A program made the position numbers and the translations under genes. Positions 10,997-25,330 of a stretch of DNA of 64,000 nt are shown here, piece by piece. How positions within the stretch are numbered: the first letter of the stretch is position 1; every line of letters starts with the position of its first letter. Where the stretch lies: NCBI GenBank assembly GCA_020536535.1, contig JAHLWZ010000856.1, forward strand, positions 7,677 to 71,676, in the 5' to 3' direction. The notes below the pieces were generated by a model. It was not told the origin of the DNA, did no database searches, and saw only the letters and a program-made list of their open reading frames with translations. Origin of the DNA: Pelomyxa schiedti. Taxonomy: Eukaryota; Protista; Evosea.

Positions 10997-13009
10997 TTAG
11001 AAGTCAGGTATTGCAGTAAACTTGGAGGCCACATCAAACATCTTAGGGCATGAGTACTTCTTCTTGACAGCAACAAGTTTGGTGGTCTCCTGTTCGCGAA
11101 CTATTTTATTAAGATAGCGCGCGCACTCGATGACAGCTGAAGCCGGATAGCGGCTGTAGTACTCCAAAGTGGGTGTCTGAACATTGAGGGAAGAGGGAAT
11201 AAAGAGTGTGAGGGACAAAGGGATGGAGTGTGTTGGATACCCAATCTGGTTGCATTCCTGTCATCACTCGGGCAAGTAAGACACAAGCTGCGGCGATCTG
11301 AGATGGAGGGAACTGCAGCATGCTATAATCAAGTAGGGAAAGCTCAGCGAGCCATTTGGAAACAGTGTGAACTTGAGCATTATGTTTGGCGGCGCGAGAG
11401 TAACGGCGGAGGAAAAAGAGGGTGCTGGGGGTGGAAAGCTTGAAGTCAATGACTTTGAGGACGTGTCGCTCGAACTTTGATTTGTCATACAAAATAGCAA
11501 AGGAAGCGAGTGGAATACCTTCCGAATGTCGTCTGCTGAACAGGCCCTATCACTGAGGTGGAAGAAAGTCGTTATTAGTACATTGACACAAGTAAAACTA
11601 GGCTTACCTTATAAAAACCAAATCGTTTATCTCAACTGCAAATATCTCCTCAAATTTGGTTGCAATAAGCAACGCTGTGACACCAAGAAGTTGGAATTGT
11701 TGCCTGAGGAGTAAAGTAAGATTATTTACTGATTTATCATTTACAGCATTTTCAGTACCTGGTTATTTCATTGACAGACAAATATTTATCCACAATCATA
11801 ATCGTAAGGAATAGTGTATCAGGCAACAGTTTAAATTTAAGGGTCACTTCGCACTATGGTTACATAAGTCAAATGTATGAATCTTGAAAGATCTCCAACC
11901 AGCCAATTGACAAGTATTGACCTCATTTTGCCATTTATTTGCGTTTGGCGAGAAAGGTAACCACAGTCAACAAGCTCAGCCCTCTATGGATAATTAAAAC
12001 GGGAGTATGAAAGTATTCAGCTGTCTACCTCCTTTAGGTAGGCGTTCAAAAATATTTCCATTGCATATTCAGTGCATCCCATAGGATCATGAATAGCATC
12101 AACATCATCCACTTCTTGTAGTTGTTGCACTTGAGGGGGTGGTTGTACTTGAGGGGGTTGTTGAGGAAGGGCGGCTTCGTGAGGAAATCTAGCTTGAGAG
12201 TTGCAGACCGAAGTAACGGGTTGAATGACAGGTTGGGGCTGAACAGCGGGTTGAGACTGGACCACAGGTTGGGGCTGAGCAACGGGCTGAACTGCCTGTA
12301 CTGGGATGGTCTGTGGTGGAGGCATGAACTGATGTGGTTGGGGATGATGCGAGGATGCGGCATGAGGCGGCAAAGAGTGTTGTGCCAATGCTGCGTGACT
12401 GTGCTGTGAAACCCCACTCACTGTAGGAATTTTGAAGGCTCTTGCAGGAATAGCCTGTGGTATCAACAAATGGAGTAAGAATAGCATCCCACATAAAATT
12501 CCCAAGTAAGAGCCACAGCAGTAACAAACTAACCCACAATACGGTAACACATACACCCACAAAACAAAATATAAACATGCGGAGCTATCCATATAAGTCT
12601 ATAAATAGACTTGGCACCATACCGCTTTCTTAGGAGGAGGAACAGCCAAGCTCGTGTCGGGCACATTCGTTATGTTCCCCAAAGCTGGTCTCTTCACAGC
12701 CACTTGCTTGCTCGATGCCGCCGCCAACGATGCTGAAGACGACGACGCAGCAGCAGAAGCAGAAGCAGCAGATGCCGACGACGCCGCAGAAGCAGAAGAA
12801 GTGGAGGAGACGGAAGCAGTAGCAAGAGGCTTTTTGCCCTGGAGCAGAGAGCTCTTGGTGGCGACGTGGGTCCTGTTCTCGTCGACGGGCGCGCCGGGCT
12901 TGCAGACTGGGAGGCCGCCTCCGTTGTTGGACGCGATGCAGGGGATGTTGGAGGGCTGCGAGGAGACTCCGCCGCCGATCTTGGACACGTTCTTTAGTAT
13001 GTGGTGCAT
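10997..13009 (-). CDS. B-type mitotic cyclin, multi-exon
   Basis: D-box RPALGNITN; DPMGCTEYAMEIF; cyclin-box fragments MRSILVNW and FQLLGVTALLIATKFEEI; STLFFLRRYSRA; PPSQIAAA; AVKKKY. The start codon is uncertain. Confidence 0.9.
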
Positions 13010-13534
13010 GGTCTCGGGCTCGTGGCGGTTCGATAATCGAGCGGCGTTAATATTGTGCTTTGGGAGTGGCAGGCTGGTGTGCTTGATAACTGCCTTTTAG
13101 CGTCGTAGGGGAGGAGCGAAGGGCACCCACCGACTTTGGTTGTTTTGAAATAAAGAAAATGCAACTCACTCTTGCCTATAAGAGGTCTGCAAATAGAAAA
13201 TGGCGCCTTTTTTGTTTGAACCCGCAGAGTTTTTTGAACTCCCCCAATTTGCCCGCGAAGTTCGAGATAGAGGGAGGTGGTACCTGGTTCTTCATAAGGG
13301 GAGCTGGTTGCCCTTACCTAGAGGAACATTTTCCCTTGTTCCCCCTGATTTGGATGACCTTTGGGACCCCGTGGTCCATGTAGGCCTCAAATCGGAGCCG
13401 TACAGCAACTACTGCAGTCCTTCCACATGTGATCATCCATTCGGCCACACCGGGACCCTGTCCGCTCCTGTCCCCGGGAGAAAAGTGATCACGGCCATCA
13501 CACTTCAGTTCTCACAAAAACGCAGCCCGAAATC

Positions 13535-16500
13535 ATGCACGACCCCTCAACAGCCGAGCCCCCCGCCTCCGCCGACGCGCCCACCGCCCCCGTACTCGCG
13601 CGCCCCGACCCCGCCGCGGCGCCCGGCTCCCCCGCGCCCAAGCCCTCCCGCGGCCACTCGGGGCACCACCACCGCCACTCCCACTCCCACCACTCCCACT
13701 CCCGCGAGCACCACCACCACCAGCAGCAGCAGCAGCAAATCAAGGAGTCGCCGACCACCCCTCACAACGCTGAGCATCTCTCCCGCCAGAACATGCATAC
13801 TTCTGCGCCGGTGGTGCCGAGACTGGGGGCTTCAGGCCACACAGACGAGCTTGGCCCCAACGGCGGGGCGAGGTCGTCGAGCGCGAGCATGGACGTGGGG
13901 GGCGGCGGTGTGGATTATGGGACACTGGAGGCCTCGGTCGTGGCGCTGGGGCCGCCGCCGCCGCCGTCCCCTCAGTTGCTGAGAACGGACGAGCCGTCCC
14001 GCAGTGCTGCGGCGCAGCCACTGCAGCGTGGCAACAGCGGCGCGGACGACATTATGGGCACACGGACCGAGGACCCAGACGAGGGGATGCCGCCGCCGCC
14101 ACCCTCTCCTCCTGACAGCCCCCCTCCGTCGCCTCCTTTGGGAAATGAACCGCCACAACCACAACTGCTGCAGCAGCAGCAACAAACCTATTGTGGGACA
14201 CCGCCGGGCCCACCGTCCTTTCCTTCGTCTGTTGATGCACCTCCTGTTGGGACAGTTTACCCAAAATATCATTATGGGCATAATGCACCAAACCCTGTAG
14301 GCATGAAGCACTCTGCTTCATGGGATAATTCAGATGGCAACACAATGCAATCCATGGATTCTGCTGCAGCAATAACAAAGTCTCCTAAACACACACATAC
14401 ACAGACTCAAACACACACAGGCACACAGCCAGTTATGCCACCTCCTCTTCTCAGTCTCCCCCCGAGATTGAAGAGGCACCCCACATCTACTCCCACACCC
14501 ACTGTCACTCTCACCAATTCTAGTAGTACATCCCCGATTCCAACTGCGCATCTATCTTCACAATGGTACCACCACAGCAAGCATCTGCACCATCAATCCC
14601 CCACCTCTGTATCTCCCTCAACAATATCTACGGCATCTACTAGGTCTCTGCAGTCTATGTCAAATATATCACCCCCGTATAGGAGCTCGCATAGCTCTAT
14701 CAGCAGTAGTGGTAGCATCAATGCATCTCCTGTAGGGAGCATTGCGGGATTTAAAGTACTGGCTGAGGGCGCAGTCAGTACAGATGACGTTGCTGAAACC
14801 GCCACAGCAACATTAATTGGGGAGCGTATTTGGAATGAAGGAGGTGCAGATAGTGATGAAGAAGCTTCTGCAAAGAAAAATGACAGGAAAAGATTAATTG
14901 ATGGCTCCTCGGCAAGTATTTCAGCTACTGGTAGCGTTTTGGCCCATGCAGAGGGCGGAAAATACAATGGTATTGTTGCATATGCACTGTTGCTCAATTG
15001 CATGATGGGTGTTGGAATGTTTGGATTACCGCATGCCTTTTGGTATACTCCCTGAAACTTAACTCATTTGTAACAAATCTTCGAAACGAAAAGGCATGCC
15101 GGGGCCCCTTTGGCAATCCTTATGGGCATCTTTTTATTTATTGTGAATGTGCTGACCTGTATGTGGGTTTTGGAGGTAATCTTCACTTCTCTTACTGCCA
15201 CTAGAAAAGATAACCATCTGTGAATTGTTAGGTGATGGCCCGTACACATGGAGTGATGCAGACTAAAGCACATAACACCTTGATACCCAAAAATACCATT
15301 GGATACGAGAAGTATGATTTGGGAAAAATGTCACACATTTTTGGAGGCATGACAGGTAGGCTGGCTTGTCAAGTTGTTGTTATCACGTACTGCTTTGGTT
15401 GTATGTGGGCCTGCGCTGCTGTGTTTGGTTCGAGTGTCTCACAACTGGTATATTGACATTTCTATTTAACATACTCTTATTTCACTCCAGATTTTTGAGT
15501 TACTTGGAGGGGATACTTGCGATGTCTACTTCAAGCCCTCCAGATCTTGTACTGCAGCATACTTGATTTCTATTCTGATGTATTCTTCACAATACATTCT
15601 CCCTTTTCCAATGAGTTGGCAGATATGGCGTTGTTGTAACAGTCCTAACCTTGCTTGACTATGGATACCAATTAGTCCTGCAATTATTTTTATCAGTGGG
15701 TTGACCAGTTCTCATGTTTTTTTTCTGTAGAACTTAGACAACTTCTAGGTTTACCGATTCCTTGGCTTTTTGCTCATGATAGGAACCATAATATATGCTC
15801 TGGCTGTTTCTGGCCCTCTCAACCTGGAATCTACCAGTGGTAGTTCCGATAGTGGTCCTTCAGACATATGGACTGCTCATTGGGATGGGTTTTATCTGGT
15901 GTTCACTGGCATGGCTTATGTGTTTGTTGTCCAATACAACATGCCTGGCATGATTCACGTGATCCTACTGATTTTACTGATCCCACACACCACCAGAAAT
16001 CTTAACACCTGTGAAGTCCAAGAAGAAATTGAAAGGCATCATGATTTTCAACCTTCTCACAGTCGCGATTGTTACTGTTGGTGTTGGCATTCTCTGTGCT
16101 TGGTTTTTCAATGGGACTATTGAGCCACTATGCATTCTAAATTGGAGGTTGACTGCTCTTAATACCGACTTACTAAAGAGCCTTAGGTTCTTCACCGGCC
16201 TCGGTCCTTCAGGGTGGTCAGAGGGAGAACGAACTTGGTTTGCTTGGTTTACATGTAAAGCTTGCTTTTTTCTTTGACTATTAACACACTTGTTTGCAGA
16301 TATTGTCATACTATTGTTTCCGGTTGTTGACCTTATCAGCATTTTTCCTCTCGTGGCTGTAACGCTTTCAGACAACCTTACCCACTCCTTGCCCTCCTCC
16401 CTTGTTGAGATTTACCCAGTAAAAACCAAAGTGATATCAAGGATCGTTGCAGTTATTCCACCACTGATAGGTGCTATGGCATGTAATTATCTCGGAATTT

Positions 16501-16773
16501 CTCTTTCTAATATTTCACTACTAGGTAGAGGCAAACCTCTCCTACATATTCATGTTCAGTGGCCTACCAGCGTTTGTTATTCAGTGTGTCATCCCTGCTG
16601 CACTGCAACTGTTATCATTCAAATACTTCGAAAGTGTCTATGCCGGAAAGGACAAAACACCCTACACCACCGCAGTATTCAGCAGCCGGCCAGTCGTGGT
16701 CATCATTGTGATAGTTGGCATACTTGCGCTATTGGTTAGTGCGCTGTGTTCCCTTGTACCTCTGTTCCTGTAA
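13535..16773 (+). CDS. Amino-acid transporter (Aa_trans, TMEM104-like) with a long Pro/His/Gln/Ser-rich N-terminus
   Basis: YALLLNCMMGVGMFGLPHAF, many hydrophobic exons, LFPVVDLISIFPLVAVTLSDNL, VIQCVIPAALQL. Confidence 0.8.
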
Positions 16774-17003
16774 ACAACCTTTTTTTGTAAATCTAATCGG
16801 GTGTCATGCCTTTCTATTCTATTTGGTAGTCACATGTCAACGCAACTGCGACCTGTCAATCCAAAAGAGGATTCTGCAAGCTGAATTTTCTTCCTTTATA
16901 AGTTTTGACACCGACAGGTGTCAAACCAAAAAAAAAAACATACAAGCAACAACCGCAATAAAAAACAAGCGACATACAAAAAAAAAAGCGTTTTTGAAAA
17001 AGA

Positions 17004-18420
17004 ATGAGCCGAACAGTCGAAGAAGTGGTGGCAATCGACGATTTCAATGACATGAACCTAAAGGAGGAACTATTGAGGTAAAAAAACTGCGTTTTCGAAA
17101 AAGCAAACTCATGTATGGTAGGGGAATTTACAACTATGGTTTTGAGAAACCCTCCATGATCCAGCAGAAAGCAATACGTCCTCTTTGTGAAGGCCGCGAC
17201 GTAATTGCACAAGCTCAATCCGGAACAGGCAAAACCGGCGCCTTTGCTATTGGGGCTCTGCAGAGGGTGGATACTGATGTTGAAGGATGTCAAGCTCTAT
17301 TTCTATCTCCAACGAGGGAGCTTGCTAATCAGACATACTCGGTAGGTATTGTTTGGCTCTTTGCGGAACTTAATTCTAGTGTAGGTCATTTCAGAAATAG
17401 GCCAGAGAATGGCTCTTTCTTGTGCTTTGTTGATAGGAGGTCTTGGGATGAATCTCAGTGATGCACGCAACTGTAAAGTGGCAGTCGGAACACCCGGCAG
17501 GGTCTGTGATATGATAAACAGAGGCTTCCTTGATCCGCGAACAATACGAATTCTCATCTTGGATGAAGCCGATCAACTCTTGGACAGGTTCTTTGCCATA
17601 TGTAGTTTTCACAAGTAATTTTTCCATAGGAACTTCAAAGAGCAGCTCTATGACATTTTCCAAGCCCTCCCACGCCAAGTTCAAGTTGGATTATTCTCAG
17701 CCACAATGACGCCTGAAGCCCTTGAGATAACCCACAAGTTCATGAACAATCCCGTAGAAATTTTAGTCAAGGCTGAGGAACTGACTCTTGAGGGAATGAG
17801 GCAGTATTACATAGACGTTGAACGAGAAGACGCTAGTATGCACTCTCCACTACTTGAGGTAATTAAACTCACAATCCTTAGAACTGGACACTCTTTGTGA
17901 CTTGTACGATACCCTGAGCATTTCCCAATCTGTCATATTTGCCAATTCATGCAGAAAGGTTCAATTCATATCTGACCAGCTGCACCAGCGACGATTTACA
18001 GGTTAGTTCCCACCTCAACCCATAGAAAAATACTTACCATTCAATAGTATCATGTACACATAGCCAGTTGAACCCCAAAGAGAGACTGTCGATTCTCAAA
18101 GACTTCAGGTCAGGACACACGCGGGTTCTAATATCCACGGACGTGCTGGCAAGGGGCATAGACGTCCAACAAGTCTCCCTCGTTATAAACTTTGACCTCC
18201 CTCTAGAGCCTGAGACCTATATCCACAGGTATTTCTTCATCGTTTCGACAAAGATGTGTTTCTAAACACTACAAGGATTGGACGCAGTGCCAGGTTCGGA
18301 AGGAAAGGCGTCGCCGTGAACTTTGTCACGTCAAGGGATGGCACCAAATTACATCAACTGGAGAAAATGTATGACACTTCCATCGTCCCGATGCCAACCA
18401 ACATAGCCGATTTCTTGTAA
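17004..18420 (+). CDS. EIF4A: DEAD-box RNA helicase eIF4A
   Basis: [74 protein letters not shown]. Confidence 0.93.
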
Positions 18421-18564
18421 ATAAGAGGGGATAAAAGATGTTACAATCTTTTTTTTGTTATTCCATGGTTGATGATGTGGACAGAGATAGGTTTTAGTAA
18501 CAAAAATGGTATACCCGTGATGAGATTCGGTAGGGGAAAAGGGGTATGTACATCATAAAATGGG

Positions 18565-21500
18565 CTAGTCATTTTCTATGAGTTTGCGGGGAAAGTACGA
18601 GAATGGTATCAAGGGGGCTGTGTCTTCCAGGAGCATTGCAGTAAAGAAGCACTGTGTGGCCTTTTGGCAATCGTTGGTTGCTTGTGTGACTATGCCCATG
18701 TATTTCCATGCCTGCTGGAAGTTAGAGGACTTTGAACAAAACGAAGGAGATACGATATGGCTTTCAGGGTTGTTTCGTAGTGCAGTTGTAATGTAGTGTT
18801 CTGCAATTTGTGGGTTCCCGTTTTCCATTGCCTGAACTGCAACAGCAATTAAGCTGTTATGATGAATTGGGTCGACACTGAGTGATTTTTGGTACTAGGC
18901 AGGGAGGAAAGTAAGAGAAGGCTAAGGCCACCCCGCCCCAGAAGTTTCAACCAGTAAAGTCTTGGCTGGGGTAGTATCAAGTTCCGCTTCGAAAGCAAGA
19001 ACGTCTGCCATGGAGATGGTGTGGTCACACAAGGAACTCCGGCTGCTGGTTAGTTTGGCCGCCTCCTTGATACAGTGCTGTGCATCTTGGTGTTGGCTAA
19101 GTCCTGGGATGTGTTAAGAGATTGGAGTCGCACTTAAAGATACTGTGGAAGCAGGTGGCAAGGGAAAACCAGAGAAACCCTTCTGGACCACAGTCTTTTT
19201 GGGAAATATCCAGTGTTGAAGGTACGAAAGTAAGTTCCGTTCTTGCACTTCTCACCTCTTTTTTTCGGGGTCACAGAGTATTTCAGAGATAGGATTACTA
19301 ACCCACGTTAGCGACATCTGTGATCGTACTGGAGCGAAGTGAGAGGGTATCTTCTGCCCTGCATTTAAGTTAGTAATCAAAAAGAAAATCGAAAGTGCCC
19401 CAGTACTCTTGAGTTTTTGGGTTTTGATTTCCAGAGCAGGCTATGGCAGAAGTATATACATTGATGGCTCCGCGGATATCACCAAGTGTTTCAAGGATCT
19501 TGGCTTTAATTACCAATAGCCTGAAATGAGTGCACATTAATATTCCCCTAAGAGTGTGTTGTACCTACCTCAGATAGGTTGGAGATAGCAGTAGCCCTGC
19601 ATTAACTACATCCATCGCAGCAGAAAATTCGTGCTTCGAAGTAAGCAATAGTGCAAGTAACGCATACGAGTCAGTGTGATTTGGGTTGAGTGCCAAGCAC
19701 TCCCGTACACTTGCAATAGAATGATCAGTCTACTAGGCATTTATTACCTGATTAGTAGGTGGGAAAAGTACCTGTCGAATGTCAGCCAGCTGCAAAGCGA
19801 TATAATAAATGCATTGGTAATCGTCAGGGTCCATGGATGCCGCAATGTGAAGCTGTTCAAGTGCTTTGGCACAGAGTGCCTTTTTGTTCTCACAAGTTGT
19901 GGCTGGTTCCCAAAGAAAAACCGCATTTAGATGTAGTTGAGGTGTTTTGAGGAGACAAACCTGTCAAAGCAGCTTTGCCATACGAAATCCCCACCATTAA
20001 ATGAAGACGAGGTAGCATAGGTGATGCTGGAGCTTCTTTACAAATATTTATCCCAGCATTCCCATGAGCAATTGCTTTTTGCGGCTGGTCATAGTGAGGC
20101 AGTAACCCCCAAGAGAGTTTACTTACATCTTCAATATAATTGAGAAAAACTTTGGTGGCAATAGACTGAAGGAAGACATCTTCTGGTTCATATGCTAAGC
20201 ACTCCAAGATTACTACAATTGCACTACGGTATCTAGGGTTTTTTTTTTTGGTTTTGGTTTTTTTTTTTTTTAATCCAAACTGGACACGCAACCACTGCAA
20301 CCTGCCTTCCACAAGCTATGAGACTTAGAAAGAATTGTGCCCACATATGTGTCGTGTGAACCAGTCGTGATGAAATCTCCCTTTCAACTGCCTATTTGGC
20401 AAGGGAACCATCAGACCCGAAAATAAAAGAAGAAATACTCTTATGAGATAGGGATACTGTTGTAGCCGTGAGTAAATTATGGAATAGGCATCATAAATTC
20501 CACTAGCATCCTGAGTTTGTTTAGTTGAAATTTCAATATTAAATTAATTTGAACCTGCTCTGCCACAGATTGCATTTTCTCAAGCATCATCAGAGATAAA
20601 ACTACCTCTTCCTCAAGTGTTATTGGGACATAGTCTGTTTTAGACTCCGGTAAAGGTGGATAAAGTGCTGGCGTGCACTTGAAAAGAAGTGTATGAACAA
20701 GGGATGCCAGAAACTGAATATGGGTTTCTGGCAAAAGGTTGGCAGGTGCGTGCAACACTTTCCTTATGATTTGAATAGCATCCACAGTTTTTCCCCTGAG
20801 GTAGTCATTTAAAGTATGCAATACAACGAGAAGTACACACTGAGACAAATTCAAATGTACAATGCAAAGCCAGGCCTTATCTGTATACTTTCTGCAAGCT
20901 GCAGGCATTAGTACCAAATCAGGATATACTGCTTCTGCATGATGAAGCAGAAGCCGGTAAGTGTCATAAGCTTTCTTTTAAAAATAAGTTTGCACACTTC
21001 ATTGTTTTTACAGTTGAGGACCTGCTGTTTATTAGCTGTGAGTAGTTTATCTGCACACCAGAGTAGTCCCTTTAGTACACCAACAAATTCCCGTAACGGA
21101 AGAACTTTGGGATCAAGCTTGTTATCAAATCTGTTTGAATGAGAAACCAGAGGAAGGATGAAGGACTAATACTTCAAAAATAACTCCATAGCCTCATCAT
21201 CGTGCTTGGTTGCCACTTTTATCTTAGCCAGTAATAGTCTTGCTTCCACATTATCTTCTCCAGCAAGGGAGAAAACTCGTTTTAATTGCTCTTCAGCTTT
21301 CTCTGCGCAGCTTAGTACTTCTTCACCGGTAATAATGGACAAAGCAGAGGAAGCTGCAGCAGCTGCCGAGGTGATTCCGGATGCAGAACTTGCTGTTGCT
21401 GCTGTTGGCGTTGGAGTTGGAGTTGTAGTTGTAGTTGTAGTAGAGGGTGTTGTGGTAGTGGCAGCATTTAAGCTGTTGACAGCACTTGAAAGTGCGGGTG

Positions 21501-21983
21501 CGTTACGTGCAGCTCGAGCTCTTATACTGGCAGTGCCGGATACTGTAGATAACATTTGGGAAACAGGAACAGTAACAGACACGGAAAGCGATGATGATCG
21601 CACCTGTGGTGACTCAATACCCGGCTGTGCATGTACGGGAACTTGCATTGGCGAAGAAACAAGTGGAGGCGATTGAGGGGTCTAGACCAGAAAATTAAAA
21701 TTAAGCACAAAAGATTCGATTGGGTTAACATTAACACAACTCACACTGCATTCGCGTTTCGTGGGGGAGAAAAGAAACACCAAACCTCAGGCTTCTTTTT
21801 CCCCAAACAAGCCTTCATAGAAACCACTTCCAGTTCAGCCAAACACAAAGGCTCGAGTGCCGTTCCTGGGAACTCCTTTGACAGTGCCTTTACGAGCAGG
21901 CTCACTTTGCTCCATTCCTTCTGAGACCTGGCTAGATCTATCGTCTGCTCGAGTTTCTTCTGCTTGGAGCTGACTTGTTTCAT
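18565..21983 (-). CDS. TPR scaffold protein, TTC7/YPP1-like (PI4K complex)
   Basis: N-terminal KLEQTIDLARSQKEWSKV; central PITLEEEVVLSLMM; TPR exons; C-terminal AWKYMG...ATQCFFTAMLLEDTAPLIPFS, typical of TTC7. Confidence 0.75.
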
Positions 21984-22170
21984 CTTATGGTTATAACGAA
22001 TGCCAAAACGAAACGAGCCACTGCGCCGGCAATTCCTATCACTGTCCGAATTATTTGTTTCCCTTTCATAAAAAAGGAAAGGAAAAAAAAAGACATAACG
22101 CGAAAACAAACGATCTGGGTGGCCTTTGTTTCGAGGTATTAAACGAGATCTCATTGTGGTGGCCGGAAAC

Positions 22171-23803
22171 CTAGGATCTGGTGTTGGACCTGCATAGTAT
22201 GCCTCCGGTGAGGGGAACTTTGGCGCCGGTTGTCTTGGGGAAAGTGATAGGCAAACCGAGCTTGGATCTCACAGCCAAAAGTGCGAACGCTTCTGCCTCA
22301 AGAGAGTCCCCTCTCCAGTTCAGCCTGGAAAACCACTTGTTTAGTTGGCTCAATTTTAGTTAATTCATTGTTTAGAGATTCGAGTGGTTTCTTCAACCTT
22401 TCCACGCTATCCACAGTGGCTGGAGTCAACAAATTCTGAAGATACTTCATCAACGTGGGATTACTTCTTCCACCACCTTTTTGGCTTGTTTTAGTATGTT
22501 CCTCCATTTCTAACGCGTAAATAGGTAAGTACCCGTTACAAACCACCTTACAGGAGGTGTGGGTAGGTGCTCTCTAGCGGCAGCACAGGCAGATGCTGTC
22601 AAATACGTGAGAGTAGCTGCACCATCGGCAGGACTATGGGTCTCTATTTGGTTGTAATTTACTTATTAATCTTCGTTTGTTTGGTACATATATCTCAGCT
22701 TTCGGTTGGAAAATACCTATTTCATCTATAAGTTTGAGAAACTCTCCCCTGTCCAGAGACTTTGGTGGTGACCTTCTAAAGTAAGGTTTTTGCAATACCC
22801 GCTCTATGAAGGGTGTATCTATAGTCCCTGAGCTGGCAAGTACCCCTTTTTTAATTCTCAATGATCAAAAATTTGGGTAGGAATAACCGTTATAATCGCA
22901 AGGCTTTCCAGTGTGCCTTAGTGCCCAATCATCAATGAGCGCATTTCCAGGACCTGTGTCAAAAGCAACAACTTCAATACCATCTATAAAAAATGTAAGC
23001 GATCTCTTGGATAATTTGTTTTCACACCATGCGCTCTCCATAGGCACGTAATGTTTGAAACCCCTCCAATGTTGAGAATTGCAACAGGATTTTCTGATAT
23101 CTCATTGGCACCCTCTAGTAGGGCAGCATGATACACTGGAACCAAAGGGGCACCCTACAATACGATTATCAATGAAGAAACTGGTCTGGTTACCTGGCCG
23201 CCATTCTTGACGTCGTTTATTCTCAACTGATAGACTACATCTATTCCAGTTGCATTTGCCAGGTGCTGACCGTCACCAATTTGAGTAGTAATGCCAGCTG
23301 CAGGATTGTGATAGATTGTGTGCCCATGGAAACCTACAGTAAAAAAACGGTATGTACAGAATCAAATGAAATGCAAAAAGATTATGGAACCGATTATGTC
23401 TATGTCTGCAGGCGCATACCCAAACTCCTCCATAAATGATTTCACAGCTTCGACATGATCATCTAGGTCGAAAAGCACATTGCCTCTTAATATTCCATGT
23501 GGTAACTGGTAAAAAACCTGTCAACTGTCGCTCCAACGCAACTAAATCCAAATCAGGTGGAACACTGCCTCCCAATACTGCTATCCTCCTCAAGCCATCT
23601 GTGACCTGGGGGGGAAAAAGTCAAGTAGAATGCCAAACAACTAATAAGCATAGGCAACTGACGAGTTGTTTGTATTTGTAGGTCTTGTACTGGCCCAGGG
23701 ACAATATCCTGTGACCGTCAGTTTCAATTACAGCCACATCAATGCCGTCCATCGACGTTCCGCTCATAAGGCCAATGGCACGCATTCGTGCAGCGGTGGC
23801 CAT
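22171..23803 (-). CDS. anmK: Anhydro-N-acetylmuramic acid kinase (bacterial type), intron-containing
   Basis: [101 protein letters not shown]. Confidence 0.93.
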
Positions 23804-23853
23804 TTCTAAACAAGTTTTCTATTTTGCTATTTTCAAAAACCCCCACCGGTGGA

Positions 23854-24895
23854 TTAGAGTTTTTGAGTCTGAGGAGTGCGATCTGGTTGGGTTGGACTTG
23901 ATGCTGTTGTTGGGGTTGTGGTTGTGGTTGTGGTTTCAGCTTCAGCTTCGGCTTCGGTTTCCGTGGTTGTGCTTTGCAAAACTTGGATTATGGGAGGTGT
24001 TGGTGGTAATGCATTTGGAGCCTCTGGCGAGTCATTTTCCTCCTGTTCCTCAGTGAGTGTGAAATGATGTGCAGAAGCTTCTTCATTGTCATCAGAGGGT
24101 TCGCTGTGTTCCTCCTGGTCTTCCTCTTCATCGTCATTTTCATCTTGTTCACTGCTACTCTCTTCTGCATCTTCTTCATTGCTGGCAAGGTCTTCATTTT
24201 GTTCTTGTGGCTCATGACACTCTGAAGTCGAGCTGGTTGTGGTGACAAGTTTGGATGGTGGGCTGTTTGTAATGACCTTTATGCGTGGTCTCTTGCTTGC
24301 TGATGGGGTTGCTTCCGTCGGAAGTTTGACAGGCTTTTTCTTCTTCTTTTTTTTTTCCTCAAGAATTCCAAGAGCCAGATTCTAATTGAAAAGTTCTTAC
24401 GGAGGAGGAAGGGGCGGGAACAAATAAACCATTTCAACGTAAGGTGATGCTTCATCATTCAGTACTTCAATATTTACAGCCTTCCTCCCTTCGTCAGTTT
24501 TAATCTTTTCAGTGAGTTCCTGGTTTGCCTTCGAAATCTGAGGAAGAAATTCCCTCAATCTTTGCAGAACTGAACTTGAAGGTTACATCATGTGAGTTGA
24601 GTAGTGTTGCCAACCAATATAATAAGAACGGCACCATATACATATATTAATATCAAAACATTATCAACATTATTAATGTTGTGAAGAGTGAGAGGCTTTG
24701 CAATATACGTGGACTAGGCTGAAGTTTCTCTGTGGCAAAAATTTTACTGCGAACCGCGGCGCAACTTGGAGGGGAGCTCCCCGTCACGACGAATTTTCCT
24801 GAAAAGAGAAACTGTGTAAAACGGCTGAATGATGTTTCGAACAAACCCCCACCTTTGGTTCTATCCACCCCGTCTAAGACGTTGTCGGTCGCCAT
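23854..24895 (-). CDS. NOPCHAP1/C12orf45 (DUF4598)-like protein with acidic tail
   Basis: VLQRLREFLPQISKANQEL...NIEVLNDEASPYVEMNLALGILE followed by an Asp/Glu-rich region. Confidence 0.7.
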
Positions 24896-25330
24896 CAAAT
24901 TTTGTTGGACGGAACTGCAATAAATGGAAGCGAGAAAATTGATGAGCGCGAAACCCCACAGGAAAAAGAGTTCTTTCTCAAAATGGGGTACCGTTGCTGA
25001 CCCTTGGTGTAAGTACCCAGACATCAAGGAATAATCCGATCAAAACCACTTGATGTGTCCGCCGGAGGAGATCAAAACTGATCTTTTTGTGGGCAAACGA
25101 GTTGCTTTTATTGCGCTGCCAATGTGCATTTGTGCTTTGTGTTTCTCAAAGCCCCGGGGTTCAGTTTTCTGGTTTTTTCCTTCGGAAACTCGAGTCTTCA
25201 GTTCTTCGTTTTTCTCCTTTGATGTTCCTCATTCTCCCTTAAGCCTGAGCAAGGATAATAACCTCACAGAATAACTGGAAGGGCAGGAAAAAAAACAAAA
25301 AACAACACACTAAAACACAAACAAAACGCC

